Shown: one piece after another, positions 13,195 through 35,568 of the stretch
How the letters are laid out: every line of letters starts with the position of its first letter
How positions within the stretch are numbered: the first letter of the stretch is position 1
NCBI GenBank assembly: GCA_905178155.1
Contig: CAJINV010000002.1
Coordinates: forward strand, 5,389,709 to 5,453,708
Source: Amoebophrya sp. A120
Taxonomy: Eukaryota; Protista; Dinoflagellata
Length of the DNA: 64,000 bases
Direction: 5' to 3'
Notes under the pieces: generated by a model
The model's database searches: none
Told to the model about the DNA's origin: nothing
The model's input: only the letters and a program-made list of their open reading frames with translations
Position numbers and translations under genes: made by a program

Positions 13195-13669
13195 ATGCTC
13201 CCCGTGCAGGGCGACCAGGTGAAGCACGGGATCTTGAACCAAAACTCCGGCACGGTGGAGTCCTCGCAAAGCTTCTACAAGGACGGCGAAGAAAGGGTGA
13301 CGGTACGTACGCGCGACATCGGCGGCCACGTGAAATACGATCAAGTGCCCGTCAAAGATTTGCGTGTGACGCAATGCAGCTCGACGTCCTCTTCTGGCAG
13401 TAGCAAACCGCGGTCCATCCCGTCCGGCACAAAAGTGAAGATCAGTGGGTGGTTCGGGGGACGCGAGGGCACGATCAGCGGAAGTGGCGAGCCATTTTAC
13501 CGGGACGGGCGATACGTGGTATCGGTGCGCAGTGTGGATGGGTGGTAGGGAAAGGAAGAAAACCGCCGGTCATTTCAAGATTCTGCCTGGTCAATCTTTG
13601 CATTTTTTTTGCAATTTTAGGTGGCTCGTCATCTGTAATCGCACGACCATCAAACTTTTCTCTACGTAA
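13195..13669 (+). CDS. Small hypothetical protein with two tandem beta-rich repeats
   Basis: GC-rich coding-like stretch from ATG 13195. Repeats GDQVKHG..SGTVESSQSFYKDGEERVTVRTRD and GTKVKISG..EGTISGSGEPFYRDGRYVVSVRSVD. Ends at TAG 13548, or at 13669 via a possible GT-AG intron at 13542-13620. Start uncertain. Confidence 0.5.
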
Positions 13670-14557
13670 TTGCAGTATGACCGATGTGCAGGTACAGATC
13701 GTGATCGTGCGGTGTGTTTGTGTCCGGTGGAGGTTTTCTTCAATTTCATATTGTGGGACACGTCGGCTACGATAATGTACCAGTGGAAAACTTGCGGAGA
13801 GCATGATCGTGATCAGAAGCATAATTTACCTTCGGTTTGAATCGTCTGCGAAACTCTATGAAAAACATAACATTAACGTCATAAATTTATACTTGTCGTA
13901 CGCGAGTGTGAAAGTCCTACCGTGTCTGAGAAAAAGAAAAAACCCTGAAACACACATCTTTGACTGTCGAACAATACCGAAGTCACTAAGCGGCACACGC
14001 AATCACGGGGATGCACGCCAGTCTGCGAGTCCATGGGAGGTCGGCTCTGTGCATGGAGATGGCGCCACCCATCTGCGACGTCGTTCTACTTCCGCAACAT
14101 TACTTGTTGAGGTGAAGCGGGTTGCAGTGGCATAGTAACGACTTGTCGTCATCTACTTACTTTCGGCAGAAGGAGCAATGTACTGCTGTGTCGTGCTGCT
14201 GACCAACATTTTCTTATAAACGGAAATCACTCGCACTCCACACTGTGAAAAGCGCGCCATCCTCAGTCGTCGCAGAGGGAAGCGAGGAAATGCAATGCGT
14301 TTGTAAGAGCACCTGTTCTCGACGCCCCTGCGCGACCTTTATTTCAGTCCATCCGAGCGAGGAAAGAACAAGGCTGATCACGATACCAAAGAAAGATCAT
14401 GAAGAGGAAGAGCTTACAAGATCTATAAATTCTGTCGGCGCTTTCGTGGTAGAAAGAAAAACGCAACCCATCAATAAATAGAAAGTGCGTGTCGATCAAA
14501 TTGTACAAGCTGTCGCCCCGGAATGTCATTTTTCAGTGGTTGCATCGCTAGTGAAGA

Positions 14558-17143
14558 ATGACGTATTTTCCCCTCCTGCCTCCAAGCAGAAACAAGCTAC
14601 TACCTACATTCGCCGTGGTATTTTCGCGACTCGGGCACATACTGGTGTCCTCGCTTGCGACTTCCCCATTAAGCGATAAAGACAGCTCGTCTACTCCTAG
14701 GGGTGTCGGCAAAAGCAGCACAGCGGGAATCGACACTAGTGTGACATCATTTCACAGCCCCACCAAGGGGACCTTTTCCCCTGCTTCGTTCGTAGAGCAA
14801 GCTAGTGAAGACGAGGAACAGGCCCGTCCCGGTAGACGAGTACCGACAGCAAGGCTTGCTATGGGGGAAGGAGACCTCCTGCAGCAGCAGCAACAGGGGA
14901 AGGAACGACAGCAGCAGATGGAGCCCCCTTCTGTTTCATCGCCGCCAGCAACCTCCGCAGTCGCCAACATGGTCTTGCTCGGAGTAGACGAGGACTATGA
15001 CTACGACTACTACCAGCACTACCCGAAACAGTACACTGCGAGAAAGCTCAAAAGCAGTTCGGACTCCAGTAAAACGCCGCTAATCGACCGCATTGACGGT
15101 GACATCGACGGGAAAGCTGAGTGGAATGACGATAGTACCCCTTGGTCGGACCCCTTCGGCGATATCACGGGCGTCAACGATTTAAACGACAACGACAAAG
15201 CGCCGCCGGCGGACTGCGAAACACGCGTGAAACTTCTCTACGATGCAAAGTACCTCTACGTGGCCGCGAAGCTGAAATACGGTAGGGACAACTACAGCAG
15301 TCATTTCCACGCATCTTACACAACCAAAAACGACCCGATCTACCAGCAGGACTCGGATTTTGAGGTGTTCGTCGACGTGTTTGGGGCGAACCAGAACTAC
15401 AAGGAATTGGAACTCAACGCGCTGAATACCGTCTGGAATCTAATGCTGAACAGGCCCTACAGTGAGAACGGCGAGGAGTTCTCGGGCCGCGTCACTGATC
15501 CGCGGGAGAATGAAAACGATCCGAGGTACTGGGGGGTGAAAGATCAGAAAACCGCGGTGAAGATAGTCAGGGGCGAGGTGAACGTATGGGAGGAGGGAAC
15601 AACGCACTGAGCCTGAGTCACTTGGGCTCTACTACTTTCGGCGGTGAATGTGTTTCTGTTTTTCGTCAGAAATGTAAATGTAATCGAAAATGTCGATGAT
15701 GTCATGAACATGATCTACAACATAGGAAGATGGGGCTGTCTGTATGCATGCCGCTGCGCCCCAACGTCGCTTCGTAACAGTAACAGTGAAAGGCGCAACG
15801 ATTTTTTCGTCCGATACAACCAACGGAACAAGGACGGGGCGGAATGGCACGTTGAGCTCGCGCTGTCATGGTCCGATTTGTTATCACGGACGGGCGAAGA
15901 AGATGTGGATGCTGCGAAGAAAGGCTCCGCTGCACCTGGAAGTACCAATGCAACGTCTTCTGGGCGAGCAGCGCCACAGGGAGATATGGAGGTGCTGAAT
16001 CCGCGCGAAGGTCATCAATCACTACCGCTGCCGAACCACATCCGCATCAACTTCTCTCGCGTTGAAGACAAGGGAGACAAAAATTGGGTTTGGAGCCCGC
16101 AGATTGCGTGGAATATGCATTGCTAATGAGGGTGAAGTAGATGTCGCTGTCCGTCGAAGGTTCACCTGGGGAAAATAAAAATTTTGTTTCAAAGTCAAAG
16201 TCTTCTGTCTCTGTGTTTTTTCACCAACAGCAGCTGAAGTAGCAGCTGAAGCGTCAGCCTGGCTCTGGTCGCGGCTCAGCCTGTGCATTTGTATTTTCCC
16301 TGATTCAACTACCGCCGTCAACGCGACGGTCTGCATTCTTCACACTCGTGAATACAGAACGCAAAGGAGCAGAAGTTTGAGGGCATGATCAACATGCACC
16401 TCCCCGACGCTTGGGGATACCTCTGGCTGGAAAATGACGCAGTCGAGGGAGATGACGGTGTTGACGTTGAGAAGCACGAACATAGTACAACTCTCGCGAA
16501 GGCTCAGGATGAAGAAAACACTTCATCAAAAGTAACAGCAACGCCCCTAATAACGCACAATCACCCGCGCTTGCTGAGCATTCCTAAACACGACCCGTTT
16601 TTTCCCGCCCGCTTGATCGCCATGCACTTGTTTTACGCCCAGAAAGCGTATTGGGAGCAAAACCAGGGATACGCCCCGGATCTGAAAACGCTGATAGAAA
16701 GCCACTTGACGCACCCGGATCCGAGGTTTCTGGGCCAGGGCGGGGAGCTGTCCGCCTCTACTTTTTCGGAGAAAAATGATGAAAATAAAGCGAAGTTTGA
16801 CATTCAGATCCGGTTGCTGGGTCGCGAGGACAAGTCAGGGGAAGATGACAAGCACAAGTCGGTAAATAACGACGTGGACAATTATGTGAACAACGACGAG
16901 AAGGAGAAGAACCCGCAAGGCAAATTCCTGATCACGGTGGTCGACAGAACGAAAACCTCACGGTCGGTTGCCGCAGCTATTGTGGCTGAGGGGACGAGTA
17001 GGAACTTGCTCGAAGAAGGAGATGAGCAGCGGGGTGAATATCAGGAAGGAAAACTATACAACAGCAGATTCCTCACCGTGACTGTAAACGAGGAACGCCT
17101 GGTGAGGACTGGTACAAGATTCCTGTCGTCTTCAAATTACTGA
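14558..17143 (+). CDS. Carbohydrate-binding family 9-like (DOMON-like) domain protein
   Basis: Motifs IDGDI..W, TRVKLLYDAKYLYVAA, DSDFEVFVD, YKELELNALNTVWNLMLNRPY, WHVELAL.W, RINFSRVE, NWVWSPQ, INMHLPDAWGY. Three ORF blocks are joined by removing elements at about 15585 and 16114. Start codon uncertain. Confidence 0.75.
15585..15816. mobile_element. Degenerate TAT...ATA introner
   Basis: tatgggagga ... tcgtccgata weak inverted repeat; flanks GAACG/CAACC. Removal gives GEVN-QRNKDGAEW in frame. Confidence 0.6.
16114..16354. mobile_element. Degenerate TAT...ATA introner
   Basis: tatgca...gagggtgaag / cttcacactc...gaata imperfect inverted repeat; flanks TGGAA/CAGAA. Removal gives QIAWN-AKEQKFEGMINMH. 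Confidence 0.65.
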
Positions 17144-19149
17144 CACTGCGGTAGTTGTGCCGAAGTCATCCCGAAAAAATGAAGTACCCACGAAGTATTC
17201 TAGCGAATGTTCCTTTTGTGATTCTCGATTTCATGATGCGCAGTACAAACAAAATCCATCGCTATAGATGAAGAGAATCTTCATCGAGTCTCTATGTATG
17301 GATTTCACGAGGATGACCTCCTCTCTGGCATTAGGTTTCTGCATTCAGGTCGGCTGTTGTTTGGGTTATTTGATGCCAGTTTGTGGGAGAAAATTTTGAA
17401 TTTAAAGCCGACTAGTTTACATTTTTACAACTTCGAAATATATAAGAATGGAAACCGACGTCGCGAGCCTTGCGGTCATGGTCATGCCAATACCCTCGAA
17501 GTTGGAGAACAAATTTCTCTCATTGCAATCTTTGACGACGATGAATCGTGGCGATGTTCCGAGACCAGGAGATCTGTAGGTCGTCGTGACTCCCGGATCA
17601 TGTGATCCATAGAAATCTATTGTGGGGTCGACTACCTTGTGAAGCTGGACCACAAGAAAGATAATCCACACGAGACCAATCGCAACCACTTTTATTTGAT
17701 TCTCGCATTTCTAGGCGAAATCGAGTTGCAATGTATGGACCTTTCGCGCGATCAACACATAGAGCAGGAAACAAACGAACAAAGTGAAAATATGTTGCAT
17801 CCTTGAATTTGTTGTGTGTTAGCCAAGACTAAGCAAGAACCAGAAGAACTTTAGAAGTCCTCGTAATTTTTATTTTATTGACAACACTACTTGTAGTCAA
17901 AAAATTTGCGGTTGTGTCGATTAGATCACAGCCCCATGATTCTCAAATCGTTGGGAGTATAAACAATATATACGTAAAGAAAGAACATTATCCTGGCTGC
18001 ACTGGCAGCCGACCTCACGCGCACCAACAGAAGTGCGGAACTCGCCGGCCTTTGTAGTGTCTACTCACCATCAGAAGTGCGAACTACGAGGGCCGGGGCG
18101 CGCCACCTAAAGATAAAGCTCTAAAAAAAATTTGAAGTGGGAACGTAGAATGTACATGCAGATTACGAACAAGAAGGAGGAGATACATAGAAACTACCTG
18201 CTCGTTTCTCGCAAAAGTCTGTGCTACTCGTGGTCATTGGTTCAAAAAAGTGATCATAGATGATGTTGTAAGGAAATTCAAATTTAGGACGCTGTGTACT
18301 GAAAGATAAAGATCACCAATCAGAAGGTTTGAATGTTGCTCCGTTCCCCAGACCTCGACCTTTGTCCCGTCCAACATGGATCGTCTCGCATGTCATTGGC
18401 TTTTTTTGCAGGCGGACAAGGGCCGAAGACGCCCCAAGCACACATGTCGACGAAATCAAAATGCCTATGCTTTAATTGCGTGCTATCCTTCGCTCATTTG
18501 TTCAGCGTGATGATGATCATGTGAAGAATAAATCCGCTCTGATAACTCAGACAGAAGATCCTTTTTCATTTTAAGGTTAGAGAAGAAGCATGTTGTAGTA
18601 GATCGTGATCAGAATTGTAATTTATACAATTGTAGTTGATTTTCGGAATCAGCACATGCCAGTTTTTCAATTAGCGACCCGCGCTTTAGTGAGATATCCA
18701 GCTTCCGATCTTCACCGAGAATTCACCGAATGGACATGCAGAGCAAAGCGGAAAGATGCTGATGTTCTGGTTTGAATTGAGTTCTAGTTATCAATTTTGG
18801 TCCGAGGCAGTAGCGAGGTTTACAAATTTCCAAGAAATTATTTTTGCTTAGTGTAGAAGTACCGCATTTGCCTTGGCGGCCGTAAGAAAACTACGTACAC
18901 TCCGCATATTTATAGCATTCATTAGACTTCGCCTTTTTCATCTTTGTCCCCACTCTGAATCATTTTGATATTCGCGCAAGTACATCCATGACGCCTCGTG
19001 TCGTGGAGGTGAACGTAGAATTTCCTCCAAGCCGACACCAAAACCGCCAGAACCGGGGCAAACAAGTTTTGATTCAAAGAGGGAAGTTGACAAGTTCGTG
19101 ACCAGCGACGTCATCAAAATATAGTAATCTCCCGGCGACCACCAGCAGC

Positions 19150-29423
<10,274 letters not shown>

Positions 29424-31350
29424 AAGAGAGTGGGCGACGTGATACAGATAGATCGGGAAGAAATTGGTGAAGAGGGAGGTGCAAATCGAAATTGTTGAAA
29501 ATGTACACTTAGTTTCATCCTCAAAGGGAATACAGCTGTATTTATGGGAACAAATATGCAAAAACTTGTATCACCGAAAATATCAAGTATAAGAAGAAAA
29601 AGATTGATGCTGCTGGGTTCTTGAGCAGGAAAGAAGTAAAGAACTTTTCTTTTCATCTTGCGTCAACTGCGTCAGCTGGATCCAGTGCTAGCCTTCGTGT
29701 AGTAGAGACGAGAGTGACTGATCTACTACATCAAGCGCGTAGCAAACGGCTTTACACATTTCCTCAGAGCCTCAAGTAGTATATGTACTTATGTAGAGAC
29801 AGTATTTTCATGTTGTTCGTAGCTCTAATCTACAGCGTTGCTATGCAGACAGACTCGTGGTTTCAGTCCTGTCTGCATGAGTCCGCAGCACGCGGACTCG
29901 AAAAATCTACAACCAGGATCAACGAGAACTACAAGCTTCGGCGACGTATCGCTGGGCAAAGAAGCAAGTCGTTGGATGATTGCAGTAAGCTCCGGAGGTA
30001 ATTCGAAGAAACCTTTTAACGAAGTTGTAGGGAGGAGTTGTAGGGAGGAGTAACGAACAGAGGAAAAGAAAGTTTCCAGTCTCAAAACGAGCTTTAACAT
30101 TGCCGCAAATTTCATACTGAATACTTTGATTCGCTGAAAGAAAAAAAAGTGTTGAAGCCCAGTTACGCTGACGCTACTCTTCAGGAGGATGACTCCTGCA
30201 GTGAAGGCCTTCGTTTTGTTTCATGTTGGCGAAGGTGTCTATCTTGTCTTCATGTCCTCGACATTGTGTTCCTCTTCGTCTTTGTCTACTTGGGGCGCCA
30301 GAATGAGAACAATCGAAAGTCCGCTTCAGAAATAGGCCATGAGTCGCGGTCAATGATTGATGTTGCATGTTGTGCGCCGTGCTATGCATGATAGACCCAG
30401 ACACGGAAGCAGCAGCTCGCTGCAGCAGCTAGTACGAAATAAAACAACTAAAAGTACAAGGCTGAGCAGGCTCTGGCTCAGACGGAATACCAACATAGTT
30501 GCTGCTATAATGCAGGGAAGTGAAAAAAGAAACCGGAATGAAAGCAAGATGAATCGGATACACATATTATACCATCGAAACGTCGGTCGTTTTTTTTGCT
30601 GATGAGTGATCATGATCTTTTTCGCGGAAAAAAAGTGAAAATGAATTCGAAGGAAAATAATGTCTCATCGATCCCGAACTACAAGACTCAGCAATTTCCA
30701 CTTTGTGCGATAGTTTTATGGTAGAAGACGCAAAAAGGAGTGATGTGTGAGCGCAAAAAGGAAACGGAAAGAAAAATACGATGAAAAATCGATCACTAGT
30801 TCTTCACGACAACAGATGCAGCTCGGTTCACATCAATCAGCTATGATTTATTTGAATTGCGATCCGAATTTCTTCATAAAAACAGGACTCACTTTGAACT
30901 CCACCCAAAAAAAACGCACGTGATTTCGATCAAGAATTTCGCTCGCAAAAATACAATACTCAAGAACCCCGCATCGATCTTCATATCTATTTCTATTTGT
31001 ATTTCACCGCATGACCTCTGCTCATATTTTTTTTCTTTCCCCTACATCATGATCAACATTTTCGCTCTCGTAAATTGGGCAAAAACACGAAACATTGGAA
31101 TAATAAAACAAAAACACCACCAGCGAGACAACAGGATTTAGACAATTTTCTACTCGCCGACTATAACAATTCTAGATCGAAACTAAGAGTTTCTGTATGA
31201 TCGTTGCGAAAAAGCTTTCGGATAGATTCTACGGAGCAGGTGCAATTGTTATAGGCTGTAGTTGTTGAAAATTTACTATCTTCTGACTTCGAGAAAGTAG
31301 GAACAAGAAAAGAGCACGTATTCGCATCTATAGTTTTCTTGTAATATTAT

Positions 31351-31822
31351 TGTCGATATGACATTCTGAAGGTCATGTTCGATTTAGTGTCGGTTGGATT
31401 GACTTTGTTTGATTGAGAGAAAGAGAGGGGAAGAAAAGTCATCGGGCGTTTGTTTATGTTAAAGTTTTTACCACAATTGTCTTGAGGGAGAAACTGTTTC
31501 TTTGAACACAACTCTTGATGTTTTCTTTGCTTCAAATTCACGAGAGTCACAACAAGTTTTGTTTGGGTTTCATGAATGAACAAAAATGCTTCATGCCAAA
31601 ATCTCACACATGAAATGAACCCGTGAAAAACACATCCGCGATAGACGCCACTATCGTAAACCTTTTGTTTGTTGTCGTTTCGAACGAGCAAGACAAATCA
31701 AAACCAAAATAAAAACACACTCAAAATTCAACACAATTCTGATGCCTTCTGCCGACGCTGTTCTCAATCCAACCGACGCTGAATAAGAGATCACCTTCAG
31801 GATCCCACTACTCTAAAAGTCA
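31351..31822 (+). repeat. 5' LTR
   Basis: tgtcgatatgac...ctctaaaagtca, direct repeat of 43134-43605; no differences seen by eye. Confidence 0.95.
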
Positions 31823-31823
31823 G

Positions 31824-31832
31824 TGGTAGCGG
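31824..31832 (+). promoter_or_regulatory. Primer-binding site, probably tRNA-iMet
   Basis: TGGTAGCGG lies 1 nt after the 5' LTR and resembles the Ty1 initiator-Met PBS (TGGTAGCG). Confidence 0.7.
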
Positions 31833-31920
31833 ACTCGAAGGTTAGCGATAACACGCTTCGATTCCGTCGCAGCTTTGATACGAGCCCAATCTGCTAAGCT
31901 ACTAGAACGGCGACGTCGAG

Positions 31921-34900
31921 ATGGCCTCGAACACCATCACTCCGTCGGACGCGAGCATGCGGAGTGCAGGAATAAACGGTCCACCGGGAATAGATGTGGC
32001 GGCTGCTAGTGAACAGTCAGCTACCGTGAACAACTCTCCAGGAGATGACGTTCCCCTCCATGGACGAGTTCCCCCATTTCCTCCTCCGGCTCTTCCGCAG
32101 TTACTGCCACCAATGGCAAGGAATGGCCCGCTCGAGAACGGGAATCTGGGGCTGCAAGTTGTTCCGGCCCAACCGAAGGCAGGACCACTCGTTCCGCTCG
32201 GAGGAAACTTGAACAACCAGCAGGTAGCGGTTATGAACCAGGAAACTGGAATGATTCCAGTGCAGCCACCGCCGGGGTTTGTGAACAACCAGAATCAGCT
32301 GATAACAGGGTCGACTCTGTCAACTACAGCTAGTCCTGCTCCACTGGGATCCGCGGGAAATCCCATCAACGTCGACCAAGGGATTCCAGGTCATGGCAAG
32401 CCCTCCATCTACGACCAGATGATCGGCCAACACGCTGTGGATACTCGTGAGGAACTGGTGCGCCGGACCACGATTCTGCGGAATCAGGAAAATCAGCTTG
32501 CTGAAGCCGCGCAGTTTCTGAATCAGGAAAATCAGCAACGACACGAGGAAGTCAAGAAGGTTGCTGATGCCGCGGTGTTTCTGAACTCGCAGAATCAGAA
32601 TCAGCAGGAACAGCTTGCTGCTCTCATGCAGTTAACCGAGCAACTCAAAAAGGAGAAAGAAGAGCAACAGAATCAGATTCGCTTTCTTGAAGAGCGCCGG
32701 CAAGCACAGGAGGGAACAATCCAGCAAGACGGCGTGATTCTGAATCAAAAGTTTGCAGCCACGGATGATCAGACTCAGAGAACGTTCCAGAACGTGAATC
32801 AGAAGTTCGCTGCAACTGAGGATCAAATTCGGAAGATGAAAGAGGAATTTCAGCTGCTCTCCCTCGGTGCTAGCAGTGTGCATGAGGTCGCAAGCAAACA
32901 GCACGACCACAACGCGCAGCGTGACAAGAAGATAGAGGAACTGGAAGCCGTGGTCTCCAAACTGCTGGAAGCACGGAACCGGGTTGAAAAGATCTCAAAT
33001 AGTCCAGTGAGCGCTCTGCGAAAGAACCTGGTACCAAGCGAGGTTCCGTTGCTGCAAACTCCGACACCGATACAGGAGTACAACATTGGATCTTCTGCCA
33101 GTTCCAGCATCAGCTCGCTGCATCTGGGTGCTCCACGAAAGGAAAGTAGTAATACGGAGAAGGACTACATCCACGTCTCGCCTGTGAAGGACGGCGGCTC
33201 AATCTACAGTGAGGATCCGGACCGGGACAAGCGCAGGAAGGCGCTGGAGTTGATCCACGAGTTCCAAAACCTGCTACCAACTGAGAGACGAGTTGACGCA
33301 GGCACCATCATGTGGGGACTCGGCATGCAGCCTGCTACCGAGGAAGGAAGAAAGACCATGATGCAGCAGACTCCGGTCTTCGGCAAGGAAGACTTCGGGA
33401 GAGTTGTACAGGAGACTCAAAGCAGAAGAAATTCTGTCAATCTCGCTGCGGAAAATTCCTTCGTGTCGCATGAGCAAAGAAGCGGAACGGGAACACCAGC
33501 AGTGTTCAATACCACAAACCTCAACCACGTCAGTGCTGCAATGCAACAAGGAGGAGCATCACGTGTCCATACGCTGCATGACAACTACCAGCAGCGGCTT
33601 CTGAATTATCAGAACGGAAACGGGACCATGCTGTTGCAAGCCCAGAACTACAACGGTGCAGCACCGTCAGCCACCAGCAATAACCCATATGTCCACAACT
33701 ACGGGTCTCAAGGATACCAAACTGGTGCCGTGGGTGGATCTGGATCTGGTGGAAATGGTGGAGGTTTCGGCGGGAACAACTCGGGACAACAGAATCAGCA
33801 GCCGATTCCGAATTCAAATAACCCGTTCAACAACAACGGGCAGAATAACCATCCAGGGGGCGGCGGTTTTGGAGGAAGCCCACCTGGTGGAGGCGGTGGT
33901 TACTGGGGTGGTAGTCCCCCGAACGGTGGAAGCCCACCAGGGTCGCCTGACAGTGGAGCGAGTTCCCCACCGATGGGTGGATACAATCAAGAACCACCCT
34001 TCATTCCGGGAAATCCGAGAGGACCACCAGGCGGCAGCCCACCAGGTGACGGTGGAAACGGTCGAGGATTTGGTGTTGAGCGTCGGAAGTTTCGCTTCAG
34101 TCTCATCCAGTTTGAGTCCGATTACTGCAAAGAACGCGGTATTGACCTGCGAACCACTGGTGCTCACCCACATCTCCTCCTGAAAGTGAAAGACCGCCTG
34201 CCAGAGGGAGGCATGCCCACTGTGGAAGAACATACTTCTCTTGCTGGCTTCTTCACTGCGCTCGAGAGCGAGCTGACCAAGTTCTGCTACGAAAAGGAAG
34301 GCGAACGCTACCTGTTTCCGCACAGCTACGAGTCGAAGTACGTGAAAGAGATGCTGTACAACATAAATCAGAAATCAGCAAAGGCGTCTCGATTCAATCA
34401 CTGTCTCGCGCAAGGACAAAAGGAGAAACTGCGGGCGACGGGGATTTTTGATCGTGATGATCCGACAACTCTCACTTTCAGCAATTTGGTCCAGGCATAC
34501 TACCTGCAGTATCCCAAAGCGTTCATCGTGAACCGGGACGAGACCAACAAGATTCACGACTTCAAGATGCTGAAGGGAGAAACCCCGAAACTCTGCTTGA
34601 CCAGGTATTTGGGGCTGGCTGAAAAAATCCGGATCAACATGTTCCCCAGGAACCACCTGGAGCGCAAGAACCTGTGGGAAGCCTTCCAGCACAAGGTGAA
34701 GGACCACTGGCCCCGCAGTGTGACCCGGGCTTTCATGTCGCACCACAGCTTCGCCTCTCCGGACGTCCCGTACTTCGAAAACCTGATGCGGTACTTGGAC
34801 TGGGAGGAAGGTCTTGATGGTTTTCAACCAGGGAAGTCGGACAAGGAAGAAACTGGTCTCTCTCCGGAGGTGATGGCCTTGAAAGAGCAGGTCGCAGCTC

Positions 34901-35568
34901 TCCAGCAGTGGATGCAGGAAGATGGAAACTGGTATGGTGAGGAACAGGAAGACGAGGATGGTGATGAAGGTGAAAATGCTGCTGCAGCGAAGGCGAATCC
35001 CGATTCCAACTACAAGTACAACCCTGCCAACCCAGTCGGACCGTGGCAGTCGCGCGGGAACCGCAAGGGTGTAAAAAAGGGAAACGGAAAGGGAAAGAGG
35101 AACAAGGGGAGTAAAACGGAGATTCAGATCAAAGGTGAGTCGAGGACCCGCTGCCGCAAATGCTATTCTGATCAGCATAAAACGTCGGAGTGCACGTACG
35201 ACACCCGTGTCTGCGGTCGCTGCTTCTCGTCGGAACATGTTCAGAAGAACTGCCCGCTACTGAAAGAGAGCAATGACAAAGCGACGCAGGTGGTGATGGC
35301 GGCAGACTTCGAGAAGAAGTCGTTTGAGGAGAAGATCGCTGCTCTCCTTGCTGCAATTGGACCAAATAACATCGACACGGTCATGTTGAACGTGATCGAT
35401 CGCAACGACAAGGAGCGGTCTTTTGTCCTGAACGAAAAGGACAACAAGCGATCTGCTGTAACCTGCCTGTGCAACTGCGAGGTGTTTCACACCACTGAAA
35501 CGCGGGAAGAGTGCTATCCGGTGCAGGACGAGGAGGATTTCGGCAGCGGCGCCAGCAGTCTGTGGTAA
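31921..35568 (+). CDS. gag: Retrotransposon Gag-like protein, 1215 aa
   Basis: Intronless ORF just after the PBS; coiled coil, G/P/N-rich region and two CX2CX4HX4C zinc knuckles (CRKCYSDQHKTSEC, CGRCFSSEHVQKNC). Confidence 0.88.
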   Translation: MASNTITPSDASMRSAGINGPPGIDVAAASEQSATVNNSPGDDVPLHGRVPPFPPPALPQLLPPMARNGPLENGNLGLQVVPAQPKAGPLVPLGGNLNNQQVAVMNQETGMIPVQPPPGFVNNQNQLITGSTLSTTASPAPLGSAGNPINVDQGIPGHGKPSIYDQMIGQHAVDTREELVRRTTILRNQENQLAEAAQFLNQENQQRHEEVKKVADAAVFLNSQNQNQQEQLAALMQLTEQLKKEKEEQQNQIRFLEERRQAQEGTIQQDGVILNQKFAATDDQTQRTFQNVNQKFAATEDQIRKMKEEFQLLSLGASSVHEVASKQHDHNAQRDKKIEELEAVVSKLLEARNRVEKISNSPVSALRKNLVPSEVPLLQTPTPIQEYNIGSSASSSISSLHLGAPRKESSNTEKDYIHVSPVKDGGSIYSEDPDRDKRRKALELIHEFQNLLPTERRVDAGTIMWGLGMQPATEEGRKTMMQQTPVFGKEDFGRVVQETQSRRNSVNLAAENSFVSHEQRSGTGTPAVFNTTNLNHVSAAMQQGGASRVHTLHDNYQQRLLNYQNGNGTMLLQAQNYNGAAPSATSNNPYVHNYGSQGYQTGAVGGSGSGGNGGGFGGNNSGQQNQQPIPNSNNPFNNNGQNNHPGGGGFGGSPPGGGGGYWGGSPPNGGSPPGSPDSGASSPPMGGYNQEPPFIPGNPRGPPGGSPPGDGGNGRGFGVERRKFRFSLIQFESDYCKERGIDLRTTGAHPHLLLKVKDRLPEGGMPTVEEHTSLAGFFTALESELTKFCYEKEGERYLFPHSYESKYVKEMLYNINQKSAKASRFNHCLAQGQKEKLRATGIFDRDDPTTLTFSNLVQAYYLQYPKAFIVNRDETNKIHDFKMLKGETPKLCLTRYLGLAEKIRINMFPRNHLERKNLWEAFQHKVKDHWPRSVTRAFMSHHSFASPDVPYFENLMRYLDWEEGLDGFQPGKSDKEETGLSPEVMALKEQVAALQQWMQEDGNWYGEEQEDEDGDEGENAAAAKANPDSNYKYNPANPVGPWQSRGNRKGVKKGNGKGKRNKGSKTEIQIKGESRTRCRKCYSDQHKTSECTYDTRVCGRCFSSEHVQKNCPLLKESNDKATQVVMAADFEKKSFEEKIAALLAAIGPNNIDTVMLNVIDRNDKERSFVLNEKDNKRSAVTCLCNCEVFHTTETREECYPVQDEEDFGSGASSLW

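Noticed and set aside
31347-31691. Identical minus-strand ORFs at 31347-31691 and 43085-43474
   Set aside because: A by-product of LTR identity; non-ATG start and no coding features.
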